Source: an uncultured delta proteobacterium (GTDB lineage Bacteria > Desulfobacterota > Desulfobacteria > Desulfobacterales > Desulfatirhabdiaceae). From it: DNA of 64,000 nucleotides. Positions within the stretch are counted from its first letter, which is position 1; the number at the start of each line of letters is the position of its first letter. Shown piece by piece: positions 41,948 to 53,693 of this stretch. The DNA is taken from assembly GCA_963789395.1 (NCBI GenBank), contig CAWBKP010000012.1:288001-352000 (forward strand), given 5' to 3'. The position numbers were made by a program, and so were the translations under genes. Below the pieces are notes generated by a model. That model did not search any database and was not told the DNA's origin. It saw only the letters and a program-made list of their open reading frames with translations.

Positions 41948-42799
41948 ATGCCGGAAACCAAGTTAACCCCTTTCGGGATATTTTTTCATAAATTCAGACA
42001 GCGAAAAACCGCGGTGGTCGCAGGACTGTTTATCGTGATCCTGGTGCTGGTGGCTGTTTTTGCGCCGGCCATCGCCCCTTATGATCCGTATCTGATCAAT
42101 TACAGCCTCTCCATGATGCCGCCCAGCACGGACCATCCGGCCGGAACCGATCTGTACGGCAGGGACATCCTCAGCCGGATTATTTACGGCGCCAGAATAT
42201 CGCTTGCCGTGGGGTTCACTTCCGTCTTGATCGGGGCACTGGCAGGAGTCACCCTGGGGCTCATCAGCGGCTTTTTCGGCGGTTTTCTGGACGGGCTGAT
42301 CATGCGGACATCGGATGTCCTGTTCGCCTTTCCCGGCATTCTGCTGGCCATCGCCATTGTCGCCATCCTGGGCCCCGGGCTCGTCAATGTGGTGGTGGCC
42401 GTATCCGTCTTCAGCATGCCCACTTTTGCCCGCATCGTGCGCGGCAGCACCCTGGCCCTGAAGGAAAGCCTGTATGTCCGGGCCGCCAGAAGCATCGGCG
42501 CATCCAAAAAACGCATCATGTTCGTGCATATCATGCCCGGCACCCTCAGCAGCGTGATCATTTATTTTACGCTTCGCATCGGCACCTCCATCATCACGGC
42601 GGCAAGCCTGAGCTTTCTCGGACTCGGCGCCCAGCCGCCGACACCGGAATGGGGCGCCATGCTGGCCGAAAGCCGGGATTACATCGGGGTGGCGGATCAC
42701 ATGACCATTTTCCCCGGCATCGCCATTTTCCTGACCGTATTGTTTTTCAATCTCTTTGGCGACGGCCTGCGGGCCGCATTGGACCCCAAACTGAAATGA
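41948..42799 (+). CDS. Peptide ABC permease (GsiD/DppC-like)
   Basis: GTDLYGRDILSRIIYGARISL, AARSIGA, LSFLGLGAQPPTPEWG, GDGLRAALDPK. Confidence 0.93.
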   Translation: MPETKLTPFGIFFHKFRQRKTAVVAGLFIVILVLVAVFAPAIAPYDPYLINYSLSMMPPSTDHPAGTDLYGRDILSRIIYGARISLAVGFTSVLIGALAGVTLGLISGFFGGFLDGLIMRTSDVLFAFPGILLAIAIVAILGPGLVNVVVAVSVFSMPTFARIVRGSTLALKESLYVRAARSIGASKKRIMFVHIMPGTLSSVIIYFTLRIGTSIITAASLSFLGLGAQPPTPEWGAMLAESRDYIGVADHMTIFPGIAIFLTVLFFNLFGDGLRAALDPKLK

Positions 42800-43511
42800 C
42801 CGCACGAAACCGCTCATTGCCGTCGTGGCCCACACGGAAATCAACCGCTTCGGCCTTTTGGCCGACAGCATTTCAGTAACGTATACCGAAGCCGTGGAAA
42901 AGGCAGGCGGTCTGGCGATGATTCTTCCCTTTACGCAAAAACAAGATCTCATCCCCCTGATGGTGGATAAGGCCGACGGGTTTCTTTTCACGGGCGGCAT
43001 GGATGTCGATCCCGCGTTTTACGGTGAAAAGGGGATTGCCGGGTTGGGATCAGTCAGCGCCGAACTGGACCGGTTTCAGATGGCGGTTTTTCATGAAGCC
43101 GCGGCTTTGCAAAAACCGGTTCTGGCCATCTGCCGGGGAATCCAGCTGATCAATGTGGCCCTTGGCGGCTCCCTTTTTCAGGACATTCCTTCCCAGTTTT
43201 CCGCACCCGTTCTGAAACACATGCAGGATACGCTTTCTTTTGACGTGGATCATCCGGTGATCATCGAACCCGGCTCCAGACTCTTTGACCTCTTCGGTCC
43301 CCGAATCATGGTGAACAGCCGTCATCATCAGTCCATCAAAATCCTTGGAAAGGATCTTATCATTACCGCCAGAGCCCCGGACGGGGTGATCGAGGCGGCC
43401 CAGCACAAAACCCTGCCCATGGACCTGGTGCAATGGCACCCGGAGCTCATGCTGCGGAAAAACGATGATATGCTATGTCTTTTCAAGTCGTTTATCAAAC
43501 AAGCATGTTGA
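42796..43511 (+). CDS. Peptidase C26 gamma-glutamyl hydrolase (PuuD-like); small indel near the start
   Basis: GGMDVDP, AICRGIQLINVALGG, VNSRHHQ, VQWHPE catalytic triad; ATG overlaps the upstream stop. Confidence 0.9.
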
Positions 43512-43529
43512 TGGCTGCAGGGGCGACCC

Positions 43530-46500
43530 ATGTTCCGATTCTCGATACTAAAAAAATTCATTTTCGCATTTCTTTTTCTCTCGATTGTTCCGCTTGCCGT
43601 GCTGGGCGCGTATACCTGGCACTATACCTGGAAGATCGGCCAGAGTGCGATTGCCAGCAGCACGATCCAACTTGAAAAGCGGGCAAGGGAGTCCATCGAA
43701 CTTCAGGCCATCAATCTTGCCAATCAGGTCACGCAGCTATTGATGTCCTGCGAGGCGGACCTGTTGACACTCCAGATGCTCAAAAGAGACGCTGAAACCT
43801 ACCGGCAGTTTTCCCTGAATCATCACCGCACGATCTGGACACGCAGATAACCGACAACAAACTATCGGATGTATATCTGGATTCGCCGCTCTATCATGAA
43901 CTGGCTTTTATCGATGCAATGGGCCAGGAACGCGTCCGGGTCGTTGGCAACCGCATTCATCGCCGAATCCGAGCTCCGGGATGTGAGCCGGCCCGAGAAT
44001 ACCGATTACGGGAACGAGCGGTATTTTGAGGAAACCCGAAAGCTTCTACAAGGCCAAATCTATGTTTCTCATGTTACCGGATGGTATGTCACTCAGGAAG
44101 AACAGCTTAACGGCGCCAATAGCTGGATACGGCCATCGGCGGAAAGAGCTTCCAGGGGGTCATCCGCTTCGCCGTCCCGTGCCTCGGAGAAAACGGATAT
44201 TTCCACGGGATGGTTTTGCTGTCTCTGGACCATCGCCATCTGATGGAGACTGACACTCCATGTTCTGCCCACGGAAGAGCGATTCGTGGTCTTTCCCAGC
44301 TACTCCAGCGGCAATTACGCATTCATGTTCGATGATGAGGGCTGGACGATCTCTCATCCCAAATACTGGAATATCCGGGGCATCCTTCCGGACGGCAGGC
44401 GAATTCAGTCTGGCGGCCGCCGACTATACCCTCGAAGACGTTGTCGAGGGAAAAGTCCCCTTTAATCTGGATCACGTGGACTTCATCAATCCCAATTATC
44501 CCCTGATTGCCAGAGAAGTCCGGGCCGGCCGGTCCGGCGTCACCAATACGTTCAACGTCGGCGGCATCCCGCGGGTAATGGCCTATGCACCGATTCTGTA
44601 CAAAAGCGGTCCCTACGACAGATTCGGTGTTTTCGGGGGGATCACCATCGGCGTTCAAACCGATAAATTCAAGGAACCGGCGTTGCTTACCCGTGCCAAA
44701 ATTGATGAGATTGTTCTGCGGACCAAACAAAACAGTTTGGTTATCATCAGCATCACGGCTTTTGTCGCCATATTGCTGGCATTTGTTCTCTCCCGAAAAT
44801 TGACCCGTCCCATCCTGCTTCTTTCCGACAAAGCAAAGGAGATCGCCACCGGACATCTTTCAGACGACATCACCATTTCCACGGGAGATGAGCTGGAGAT
44901 GCTGGCGCATAATTTCGTCCGCATGGTTGTGGAAATCACGGACCACCGAAAAAGCCTTGAACACTCGCTGTCCGAGCTGGCCGAGTCCAAGAAATTCGTG
45001 GAGCAATATACCTTCGAGCTGGAAAAACAGGTCAGAATTCTGAAAAGCGTCCATTCCCTGAGCCATTACCTGGGCAATGAATTCGATCGCGAACTCGTGC
45101 TGCAGCAGGTGCTTCAGACCTGCGTCACGGGACTTGGCTTTGACCGGTCCATTCTTTATCTTTACGATCCGCCGACCCGCCGCCTGATCTGCCATCAGAC
45201 ATTCGGATTTTCGAGCGAACATGAAAAGCGCGCAAAAAACGCCTCCTACGACATCGATCTTCATGACTGCGTTCCGACCAGGGCGTTTCGATCCGGAGAA
45301 ACCATTTTCATCCATGATATTCACACGGATCAGAATCGCCACCCCTCTGGACATCAAGATCAGCGAAATCGGCGAATTCGATTTTTTCGTGTTCACGCCT
45401 ATCCGAAGCGGAGAGCGGATCATCGGCATCCTGGGCGCGGATACGGCCACCAGCCGCCGTGAAATCGACAAAGTGGAAATCGAATCCCTTGCAGATCGTT
45501 GCCAATGACGCGGCCCGGGCAATCGAGCGCTCCGAGCTCTACCGGCGGTTTCTGGCCGAACGCGATTTCATCCAAGTCCATTTTTGCAAACATCCCCAGC
45601 GGCATCATCACGCTGGATGAAAACAGAAACGTTACATTTCTGAATCCCTACAGCGAAAACGTGTTTAAAATTCAGCAGAAAGCAGGCGCTGGGCAAACAT
45701 TATCGGGAGGTATTCGGCCAGCTGCCTTCCTGGCTGCAGGTGATCGATGATTTCCTTCAGGCCAGGGAAGAGAAGCAATCCCTGGAACATCATCTGGTAT
45801 TTCCGGACGGTAAGGCGATTTTTCTGGAAACGCATTTCTCAAAAATCCGCCAGAACGATCAGCGCCATATCATTGATCTGCTTTTTCTGCAGGGACATCA
45901 CGGCCAGAAAACACATGGAAGAGCATATCCGGCGCTCCGATCGATTGATCAGCGTGGGGGTGCTGGCTGCCGGCATTGCCCATGAAATGAGAAATCCCCT
46001 GACCGGCATCTCCCTGCTCCTGGACGATCTTCACGATCATCTCGAAGATCGGGGCGAGAACCGGGAAATGATTCAAAGAGCCCTTCAGGAAATCGACCGG
46101 CTGGAGAATCTCATTACCGGCCTTCTGGATTTTGCGGCTCCGGCAAAGCCCGCGCAACTCACCGCCCGTCCTGTCAAGGACGTATTTCAGCATCTATTTT
46201 TTTTGATCAAAAAAACAATGCAAGAGCCAGAACATCAAACTGATCGAGCACCTGGAGGAAGTCCTGCCCCAGGTCAAATTTGGACCCGGAACGGTTGCTC
46301 CAGGCACTGCTCAATCTGCTTCTGAATGCCATTCAGGCAATGCCGGATGGCGGTGAGGTCAGAATCCGGGTGAACAATGTCGATGCCAGAAGAATCCATG
46401 TTATCCGAGCCGGCCATCCGGATTGAAGTGAGCGATACGGGAAAGGGGATCCTGCCCGGCGACATCCCCTTTATTTTTGACCCGTTTTTTTCCCGAAATC

Positions 46501-46688
46501 CAACAGGGTCATGGCCTGGGACTTGCAATTGCACATAGCATCATTCAGGAACACGGCGGCCGGATCTCGGTTTTCAGTGAACCGGCAAGGGAACCACATT
46601 CTGGATCGACCTGCCTGTCGTGGTGGCATTCAGTATTTTCCAGGCAATACGCTTAAGACAAGGCGAACCTCTTGCCAAACCTCTTTAA
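43530..46688 (+). CDS. Membrane sensor histidine kinase (periplasmic/Cache-HAMP-GAF-PAS-HisKA), heavily frameshifted
   Basis: TM1, TM2+HAMP (TGDELEMLA), GAF, PAS (NIPSGIITLD), AAGIAHEMRNPL, NAIQA, DTGKG, FDPFF across at least eight ORF pieces. Confidence 0.8.
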
Positions 46689-46795
46689 TTGCCTCTTCTG
46701 CCATAGCGGCAAAAGCCGGTATCCAGTGAATTCGAACGCTTCTGGACCCCGGTTTTCACCGGGGTGACGATCGGCGGCACTGTTGCAAGAGGCTC
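46665..46795. mobile_element. 131-bp MITE/REPIN-like element
   Basis: Terminal inverted repeats GAACCTCTTGCCA / TTGCAAGAGGCTC, internal inverted REP-like hairpins, flanked by AAGGC direct repeats (46660-46664 and 46796-46800). Confidence 0.72.
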
Positions 46796-46830
46796 AAGGC
46801 GAGTATTTTGTCTGTGAGGCGTGGTAACAC

Positions 46831-48204
46831 ATGGAAAAAATCCTTATTGTTGATGATGAACCCTTCATCTGCGAAAATTTAAAGCGGATTCTCGAAGAGG
46901 AAAACTACGCAACGGTGGTGGACCGGGACGGCAGCAATGCCCTGAACATCCTCAAACAGGAAACCGTCGATCTGGTCTTTCTGGATCTGAACCTTCCTGA
47001 GATGTCCGGACTGGATATTCTGGTCAAGATGAAACAGTGGGACCCGGATTTGCTGGTCATCATCATCACCGGTTACGCTTCCGTGGAATCCGCTGTCAAG
47101 GCCCTGAAACTGGGCGCCTACGATTATATCAAAAAGCCGTTCAAGGCCGATGTCATCAAACTGATCGTCAGACTCTCACTGGAAACCCAGCACCTTAAAA
47201 GAGAGGTCAGTACACTTAAAAAGCAGACAGAAGACCTCCTGGGAGGTCAGGCCCTGATCGCCGAAAGCCCTGTTTTTATGGAGATATTGAAACAGGTCCG
47301 CGAGGTTGCCCAACACTCCCAAACCACGGTGCTGATGACCGGGGAAAGCGGCACGGGAAAGGATCTTATCGCCCGGACCCTGCACAATCTGAGCCCGCGC
47401 GCGGATCGGCCTTTTTTTGAAATCAACTGCGCGGCCCTGCCCGAAAATCTTCTGGAAAGCGAACTCTTCGGTTATGAAAGCGGCGCCTTCACAGGAGCCA
47501 AAGGCAAAAAAATCGGAATTTTCGAGGCAGCCGATAAAGGCACGCTTTTTCTGGATGAAATCGCCGAGATGAATCTCGGGCTTCAGGCCAAGTTGCTCCG
47601 GGTTCTGGAAGACAAGAAAATTCGGAGGATCGGCGGGATTCAATCCCATGAAATCGATGTCCGGATCATTGCGGCGACCAATCAGAATCTGCGGGAGGCT
47701 GTCAGCAGCAAACGATTCCGCGAAGACCTGTATTACAGGCTTCATATCGTTCCCATTCACCTTCCCCCGCTTCGGGATCGGCCGGAGGATATTCTGGCGC
47801 TGACAAAGACATTTCTGGCGGAATTCAACCGGAAATTCGGAAGAACATTCAAGGGGATCGGCCCGGATGCCAAACAGCTGCTTTTAGATTACCGCTGGCC
47901 GGGAAATGTTCGCGAACTGCGGCATATCCTTGAAAGAATCTGCATCATGCATGACGATGAGATGCTGAAAGAAATGCACCTGCCGAAGGAATTGACTGAC
48001 AATCGGAAGAATTTGCCGTCATTGCCGTTTGACTTTTCGATCCCGGCGACCGGGATAGATCTTGAAGATGTTGTGGATCAATTTACGCAGTATCTGCTCC
48101 AGAAAGCCATGCGGATGAAGAACGGCAATATTTCCCATGTAGCCAAACTGCTCGGCATCCCCAGAGGAAACCTGCGGTACAAGCTTGAGAAATATCAAAA
48201 ATAA
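46831..48204 (+). CDS. NtrC-family sigma-54 response regulator
   Basis: Receiver (VDDE, LDLNLP), GESGTGKD, ESELFGYESGAFTGA, WPGNVREL, Fis HTH. Confidence 0.95.
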   Translation: MEKILIVDDEPFICENLKRILEEENYATVVDRDGSNALNILKQETVDLVFLDLNLPEMSGLDILVKMKQWDPDLLVIIITGYASVESAVKALKLGAYDYIKKPFKADVIKLIVRLSLETQHLKREVSTLKKQTEDLLGGQALIAESPVFMEILKQVREVAQHSQTTVLMTGESGTGKDLIARTLHNLSPRADRPFFEINCAALPENLLESELFGYESGAFTGAKGKKIGIFEAADKGTLFLDEIAEMNLGLQAKLLRVLEDKKIRRIGGIQSHEIDVRIIAATNQNLREAVSSKRFREDLYYRLHIVPIHLPPLRDRPEDILALTKTFLAEFNRKFGRTFKGIGPDAKQLLLDYRWPGNVRELRHILERICIMHDDEMLKEMHLPKELTDNRKNLPSLPFDFSIPATGIDLEDVVDQFTQYLLQKAMRMKNGNISHVAKLLGIPRGNLRYKLEKYQK

Positions 48205-48262
48205 CAATGATCTGCGTGATATCGTGAAATGGTCCCGCTCTCACGCTCTTACACCATCAGAA

Positions 48263-48940
48263 TCAATAAATTTCCCGAATATTATTCCGGTGATCCACCA
48301 TGTAAAGCAGCTTTGCTTTTTCCTTGAGCGCGGACTTGAGCTCTTCCAGTTTGATACGATCAATGCTGTACATGCGGATATAGACATTCCGGAATCCTTC
48401 GGGCGCTTTCTCGTAGGATGTCAGAATGCTGGCCATTCTTCCTCCGAATCCGCGGATGATATGGGCAACTTCCAGGATGGAGCCCTGGCGGTCTTCCAGA
48501 CAAAAGGCAAACTGGATACCCTTTTTCCCGATGCCCGTCAGGGAAATGATCACTTTGAACAGATCGGTATGGGTAATGACTCCGACGACATTGCCGCCTT
48601 TATCCACAACCGGCACACCGGATATTTTATTGGCCAGCAATATTTCGGCAGTTTCTTCTATCGTGAAATCCGGCGGCACCGAAATCGGTTTAGCCGACAT
48701 GATGTCTTTAATTTTAATGGTTGAGATCAGATAAAGAAGCTCATGAATTTCCAGGGTAGTGGCATCGGACGGAGACGCTTTTTTCAGATCCCTGTCCGTT
48801 ACAACGCCAACAAGGCGTTTTTTGTCCATTACCGGCAGAAGGGTAATCCGATGCGTTTTCATCAGATTCATGGCCTCCTGCATAGAGCTGTGCTTTTCTA
48901 TCGTAATCGCTGGTTTGTTCATCCAGTTTTTTACAAGCAT
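48263..48940 (-). CDS. CBS-pair + ACT domain protein (AcuB-like)
   Basis: MLVKNWM, LVGVVTDRDLKKASPSDATTL, KISGVPVV, EDRQGSI; SD GGAGGT. Confidence 0.9.
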   Translation of the reverse strand: MLVKNWMNKPAITIEKHSSMQEAMNLMKTHRITLLPVMDKKRLVGVVTDRDLKKASPSDATTLEIHELLYLISTIKIKDIMSAKPISVPPDFTIEETAEILLANKISGVPVVDKGGNVVGVITHTDLFKVIISLTGIGKKGIQFAFCLEDRQGSILEVAHIIRGFGGRMASILTSYEKAPEGFRNVYIRMYSIDRIKLEELKSALKEKAKLLYMVDHRNNIREIY

Positions 48941-49010
48941 GGAAATTACCTCCATGTTAAAATCAGAAAGTGTTTTTAATGGTTACCACATGAATGGCGA
49001 GCTGAAGCTT

Positions 49011-49715
49011 CTATATGCCAAGATACGCCGCCTGGACATGCGGGTTGTTCAACAGGTCGGCTCCGGTTCCTTCAAGCGTGACCCTGCCGTTTTCAAGCAC
49101 ATATGCTCTGTCCGCGATGGTAAGGGTCTGCTTGACGTTTTGTTCGACAATCAGCACGGTCATGCCTTCTTCCCGAATCCGTCTGATGACATTGAATATT
49201 TCCCGAACCAGGATCGGCGCCAGACCCAAAGACGGCTCATCCAGCATCAGAAGTTTGGGCTTGGACATCAGCCCCCTGGCAATGGCCACCATCTGCTGCT
49301 CTCCGCCGCTTAAGGTACCGGCAGGCTGATATTGGCGTTCCTGCAGCCGGGAAAACATCTTGAATACCATTTCCTTGGTTTTTACGCGATCTTTGCGTGC
49401 CTCTCCTTTCAGGGACCCCATATCCAGATTTTCTTCAACCGTCATCTCCACAAAAAGCCTTCTGGCTTCCGGCACATGGGCGATTCCCATTTCGATAAGA
49501 CGAAACGGCTCAACCGTATGGATGGGTTGATTCTCGAAGAGGATTTCCCCGTTTTTCGGCCGCAATATTCCAGATATGGTTTTGAGGGTTGTGGATTTGC
49601 CGGCACCATTAGCGCCGATCAATGCCACGACTTCGCCTTTTTTTACGTTAAAGGATAGTCCCCATATCACCTGGACATCCCCGTAAGACACATCAATGTT
49701 CTTTATCTCAAGCAC
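49011..49715 (-). CDS. ABC ATP-binding protein (LivF-like)
   Basis: GANGAGKST, LSGGEQQM, DEPSLGLAP. Confidence 0.93.
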   Translation of the reverse strand: MLEIKNIDVSYGDVQVIWGLSFNVKKGEVVALIGANGAGKSTTLKTISGILRPKNGEILFENQPIHTVEPFRLIEMGIAHVPEARRLFVEMTVEENLDMGSLKGEARKDRVKTKEMVFKMFSRLQERQYQPAGTLSGGEQQMVAIARGLMSKPKLLMLDEPSLGLAPILVREIFNVIRRIREEGMTVLIVEQNVKQTLTIADRAYVLENGRVTLEGTGADLLNNPHVQAAYLGI

Positions 49716-49720
49716 CGTTT

Positions 49721-50431
49721 CTACTCTCCCAGATAGGCTTCAACGACCAGTGGATTGTTGCGAATCTCCTGAGGTGTTCCCTCAGCGATTCTTTGGCCAT
49801 AATTGATCACCACAATCCTGTCTGAAATACTCATGATTACTTTCATGTGATGCTCGATAATCATGATCGTAATCCCGCGCGCCTTTATATTTTTTATAAT
49901 TTCGATGGAATCATTCAATTCGGAATGATTCAGGCCGGCAAAGGATTCATCCAGCAGCAGCAGTTCCGGCTGGGTCGCAAGCGCCCGTGCAATTTCCAGT
50001 TTTTTGCGTTTACCCAGCGGCAAGCCCCGGGAAATCATATCTCTGTCTTCATACAGACCAGTAAATTGAATTGTCTCCAGCGCAATTTTTACTGCCTCGG
50101 TCTTGTTTTTTGCCCGCAAAAACGCAGACGCGATAACATTGTCCAGAACACTCATCCGCTGAAGCGGCTTGACCACCTGAAATGTCCGGGCAATACCGAG
50201 TTTGCAGATCTGATGGGGTTTAAGACCGGAGATAACCTGGCCCTTAAACAGCACCTGGCCTTTTGTCGGTGCGTAAAACCCGTCCACGATATTGAACAAG
50301 GTGGTTTTGCCGGCGCCGTTGGGTCCGATCAATCCCAGAATTTCCCCTTTTTGTATCGTAAAGGATACATCAGAGGAGGCGGCAAGTCCCCCAAAGAGTT
50401 TTGATACATTTTTGACTTCAAGTAAACTCAT
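49721..50431 (-). CDS. ABC ATP-binding protein (LivG-like)
   Basis: [25 protein letters not shown]. Confidence 0.93.
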   Translation of the reverse strand: MSLLEVKNVSKLFGGLAASSDVSFTIQKGEILGLIGPNGAGKTTLFNIVDGFYAPTKGQVLFKGQVISGLKPHQICKLGIARTFQVVKPLQRMSVLDNVIASAFLRAKNKTEAVKIALETIQFTGLYEDRDMISRGLPLGKRKKLEIARALATQPELLLLDESFAGLNHSELNDSIEIIKNIKARGITIMIIEHHMKVIMSISDRIVVINYGQRIAEGTPQEIRNNPLVVEAYLGE

Positions 50432-51369
50432 TTGAAAGCGCCTCCAAATTTAAGCACTCGTTTCAATTTTTGAAAATCTCCGACAATACCATTGGGCAGG
50501 AAAATGATGATCAGAATGAGCAGGATTCCGAAAAACGTTTGATGGGCAACTCCCAGACCGGGAATGGAGCGGACCAGCTCCGCAAGGAAGACCATGATGA
50601 TGGCTCCCACGAAGGGACCCCAGAATGTGGCCACTCCGCCGACCATAACGATCATGATTGTGACGATGGAAACGTCATGAAGGGCAAAAACGACATGCGG
50701 ATCGATATAACCCATGTAATTGGTGTAAAAAGCGCCCGCAATTCCGGTCAGAGCGCCGCTGATACACAGCGCAATGGTTTTATACCAAGTGGTATTGATC
50801 CCCAGCGATTCCGCAGCATCCTGATCCTCGCGAATGGCAACAAAATAATATCCCAGCTTTGATTCGATCAAATATTTAACAACGAGAAAAGTGGCTGCCG
50901 CAATCGCCAGGATGATGTAATAATAATAGGTTTTGTTTACCCATGTTCTTTCCTGGATCAGAATACCGAGGTTACCTCCGGTCAGCCAGTTCATGTTCTC
51001 GGCGGACACCCGCATGACCTCTCCCATGGCTAAGGTTGCCAGCCCAAAAAAAGGCCCTCTGAGCCTGAGAACGATAAGCCCGAGAAGAAAAGAAAAAATG
51101 GTAACTACGACAATGCTGAGGGGAACGCCCCACCATGGAGAAAGATCGAACTGGTAGTAAAGAATACCCGACGTGTAAGCCCCAACACCGAAATAGGCCG
51201 CATGGCCAAATGAAACCTGGCCACAATAACCGGCAAGGAGGTTCCACGCCATGCCAACCGCTGACCACATGATTACCAGTATGATCATGTGCAGCATGTA
51301 GGAGCTCAGCCCGATCACGGGCAATATCGCCAGAAGAGTCAAAACTATCAGAGGCAAATATTTTTTCAT
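50428..51369 (-). CDS. Liv-family permease (LivM-like)
   Basis: [28 protein letters not shown]; start MKKYLPL overlaps the upstream stop. Confidence 0.9.
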   Translation of the reverse strand: MKKYLPLIVLTLLAILPVIGLSSYMLHMIILVIMWSAVGMAWNLLAGYCGQVSFGHAAYFGVGAYTSGILYYQFDLSPWWGVPLSIVVVTIFSFLLGLIVLRLRGPFFGLATLAMGEVMRVSAENMNWLTGGNLGILIQERTWVNKTYYYYIILAIAAATFLVVKYLIESKLGYYFVAIREDQDAAESLGINTTWYKTIALCISGALTGIAGAFYTNYMGYIDPHVVFALHDVSIVTIMIVMVGGVATFWGPFVGAIIMVFLAELVRSIPGLGVAHQTFFGILLILIIIFLPNGIVGDFQKLKRVLKFGGAFK

Positions 51370-52280
51370 TTTCCAACCCGCTTCTTTTTCAAAAGAGATG
51401 CTACCCCACCGGGCAGAAAAATCAGGGCAGCCACAAAAATCAGAAAACGGCCTACCGGCGCCCACCCCATTCCAATATACGTTGCTGTCATGGACTCGAA
51501 AACACCCAGAATCAACCCGCCAATGATGGCGCCGATGGTCGAACCCAGCCCTCCAAGGATGGTAATGACAAAGGCAATCAGGGTAAACTGTCCTCCAAGG
51601 GAAGGATAAAGATAGTAAATCGGGATAAACAGGCACCCTGCTGCGCCGACCAGGGCCGAACCAAGTCCGAAGGTTACCACTCGCATGAGCTTGACATTTA
51701 CCCCCATCAGAAGGGCCGCATCCATATCTTGAGCAGTCGCTCGTATGGATTTACCCGAATCTGTTTTTGCAAGAAAAAACCACAGGGCAATGGTAATGGC
51801 CACTGCAAAAACAAAAGATACGGTCCAGGGAACAGACAGGGAAAGTTCAAAGGGAGCATTTTTCCAGTAATCGGTAAGGTACCAGGCGCTGGTGCCATAG
51901 CTGACCGGAGTAGAGCGATAATCGGATGTAAAAAATATGGTGGCCAGATTTGCCAGCACCATACCGACGCCCACCGTCAGAATCACCTGATTTTCCGGCA
52001 GGATGGAATCCACTTTCAACACCGGATTGATCAAATATTTCTGAATGAATATCCCCAGAAAAAACAGAACCGGACTTGCGATAAACACCGAAAGATATGG
52101 ATCGACGCCAACCAGGGTAAACATCCAGAAGGCAACGTACATGCCCACCATCATCAGTTCGCCATGGGCAAGGTTGATGATCTTCATCACCCCCATGATA
52201 AGCGTCATGCCGATGCCGATCAATGCATAAAGACCGCCAAGCAACAGCCCTGCTATGAGCGTTTGCAGAAAACTTTCCAT
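51366..52280 (-). CDS. Liv-family permease (LivH-like)
   Basis: GLLLGGLYALIGIGMTLIMGVMKIINLAHGE, GKSIRA, GGLGS. Confidence 0.92.
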   Translation of the reverse strand: MESFLQTLIAGLLLGGLYALIGIGMTLIMGVMKIINLAHGELMMVGMYVAFWMFTLVGVDPYLSVFIASPVLFFLGIFIQKYLINPVLKVDSILPENQVILTVGVGMVLANLATIFFTSDYRSTPVSYGTSAWYLTDYWKNAPFELSLSVPWTVSFVFAVAITIALWFFLAKTDSGKSIRATAQDMDAALLMGVNVKLMRVVTFGLGSALVGAAGCLFIPIYYLYPSLGGQFTLIAFVITILGGLGSTIGAIIGGLILGVFESMTATYIGMGWAPVGRFLIFVAALIFLPGGVASLLKKKRVGK

Positions 52281-52431
52281 AACAATCCCATCCTTCTGGA
52301 TAAGCGATTATTAAAACAATTCAAATAGTTGATCTTATAATCGTTCCCGCGCTGGATCGCGGGAGCAAGAAACCGGCCGCTTATCTATGGCCATTTTTAA
52401 ATGGTAAAATCTTCATGATAACAACCTACTG

Positions 52432-53622
52432 CTACTTTCTGTCTCTCCATGCCGGAATGGGGTAGATATATTTGGCACTGGCAGAGTTCTCCGGCCATAT
52501 GGTTTCATGCTTACCGTTGATCACCTGTAGCACAAGTGTCTCCATGAAGTTCTGATTCTGGTATCCTTCCTTGTCTTCAAACTGAATAGGTCCAAAAGCC
52601 GTCATCATCTTGGTGGCTTTCATGGCTGCCCGAAGTTCGGCAGGATCCATGCTTTTTGCCCGCTCGATCACATCCTTGATGATATAAAGTGCTGAATAGG
52701 CCTCTGCCCCATGATATGAAGGATAGTCTCCAAACTTCGCTTTATATTTTTCAGCAAAATCCTTTGCTCCCGGATATTTCACCTGATTACTCCACAGTGT
52801 GGCCGTAACCACATATTCTGCTGCATCTTTGGCATTGTGAATAAATTCGGGTATAGCAAATCCGGCAGCACCGCCCGCATACAGTTTGGCGTCAATTCGA
52901 AGTTCCTTGATCTGTTTCATCAGAAGAGAAGCATCCATAACGTAAGATACCATATAAATTACATCGGGTTTTTCAGACTTTACCTTGGTCAGAATCGGTT
53001 TAAAATCAACGGCACCTTTTTCGTATCTTTCCTTAACAACGACCTTCATGCCGATTTTCTGCCCATACTTTTCCATTTCATCAGCGCCGGACGTTCCAAA
53101 ATCAGAACTTTCATATAAAATGGCGATAGAAACTGGCTTAACGACCTTAGACAAAAAAGAGCCCAGACCTGCGGCATAATATGCATTGGATGGATTCATC
53201 CGGAAAACATACTCATAATTCTGTTGGGTAATGGAATCGTCCGCTCCGGTAACCACCAGATAGGGGATTTTTCTCTCATTGGCTACTGCTGCAATTGCCT
53301 TTGAACAGGAAGAGCTGTAATCACCAAAAAGAATCGGTTGTTTATTAACGTCTATCAGTTTTTCAGCAATTGCGCGGGAAATTTCAGGCTTGCCCTGAGC
53401 ATCTTCAAAGTTCAGAGCAACGGTCTTGCCCTTAATTCCGCCCTTGGCATTAATTTCTTCCATCGCAATCTGATAGGATCGCATTTCCATTTCACCGAAC
53501 TTGGCCTGGGAGCCGGTCAGCGGCAGAGGAATCCCAAACTCCAGAGTATCTGCCATACTAAGACCTGTAATAGCAATTCCAAAAACAAACACCATGACCA
53601 TCATCACAGTTACACGTTTCAT
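52432..53622 (-). CDS. Liv-family substrate-binding protein
   Basis: Signal peptide, PLPLTG, INAKGGI, YVFRMNP, DFG; SD GGAGG. Confidence 0.92.
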   Translation of the reverse strand: MKRVTVMMVMVFVFGIAITGLSMADTLEFGIPLPLTGSQAKFGEMEMRSYQIAMEEINAKGGIKGKTVALNFEDAQGKPEISRAIAEKLIDVNKQPILFGDYSSSCSKAIAAVANERKIPYLVVTGADDSITQQNYEYVFRMNPSNAYYAAGLGSFLSKVVKPVSIAILYESSDFGTSGADEMEKYGQKIGMKVVVKERYEKGAVDFKPILTKVKSEKPDVIYMVSYVMDASLLMKQIKELRIDAKLYAGGAAGFAIPEFIHNAKDAAEYVVTATLWSNQVKYPGAKDFAEKYKAKFGDYPSYHGAEAYSALYIIKDVIERAKSMDPAELRAAMKATKMMTAFGPIQFEDKEGYQNQNFMETLVLQVINGKHETIWPENSASAKYIYPIPAWRDRK

Positions 53623-53677
53623 GTTATCCTCCATTTAGAAATTATTGGGATAATAAACTTGATAAAATCATCAGACA

Positions 53678-53693
53678 TGCAGGAAAAATGCCA
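53678..53693 (-). promoter_or_regulatory. Sigma-54 promoter of the second Liv operon
   Basis: Minus strand TGGCAT-TTTTC-CTGCA about 55 bp upstream of the start. Confidence 0.7.
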
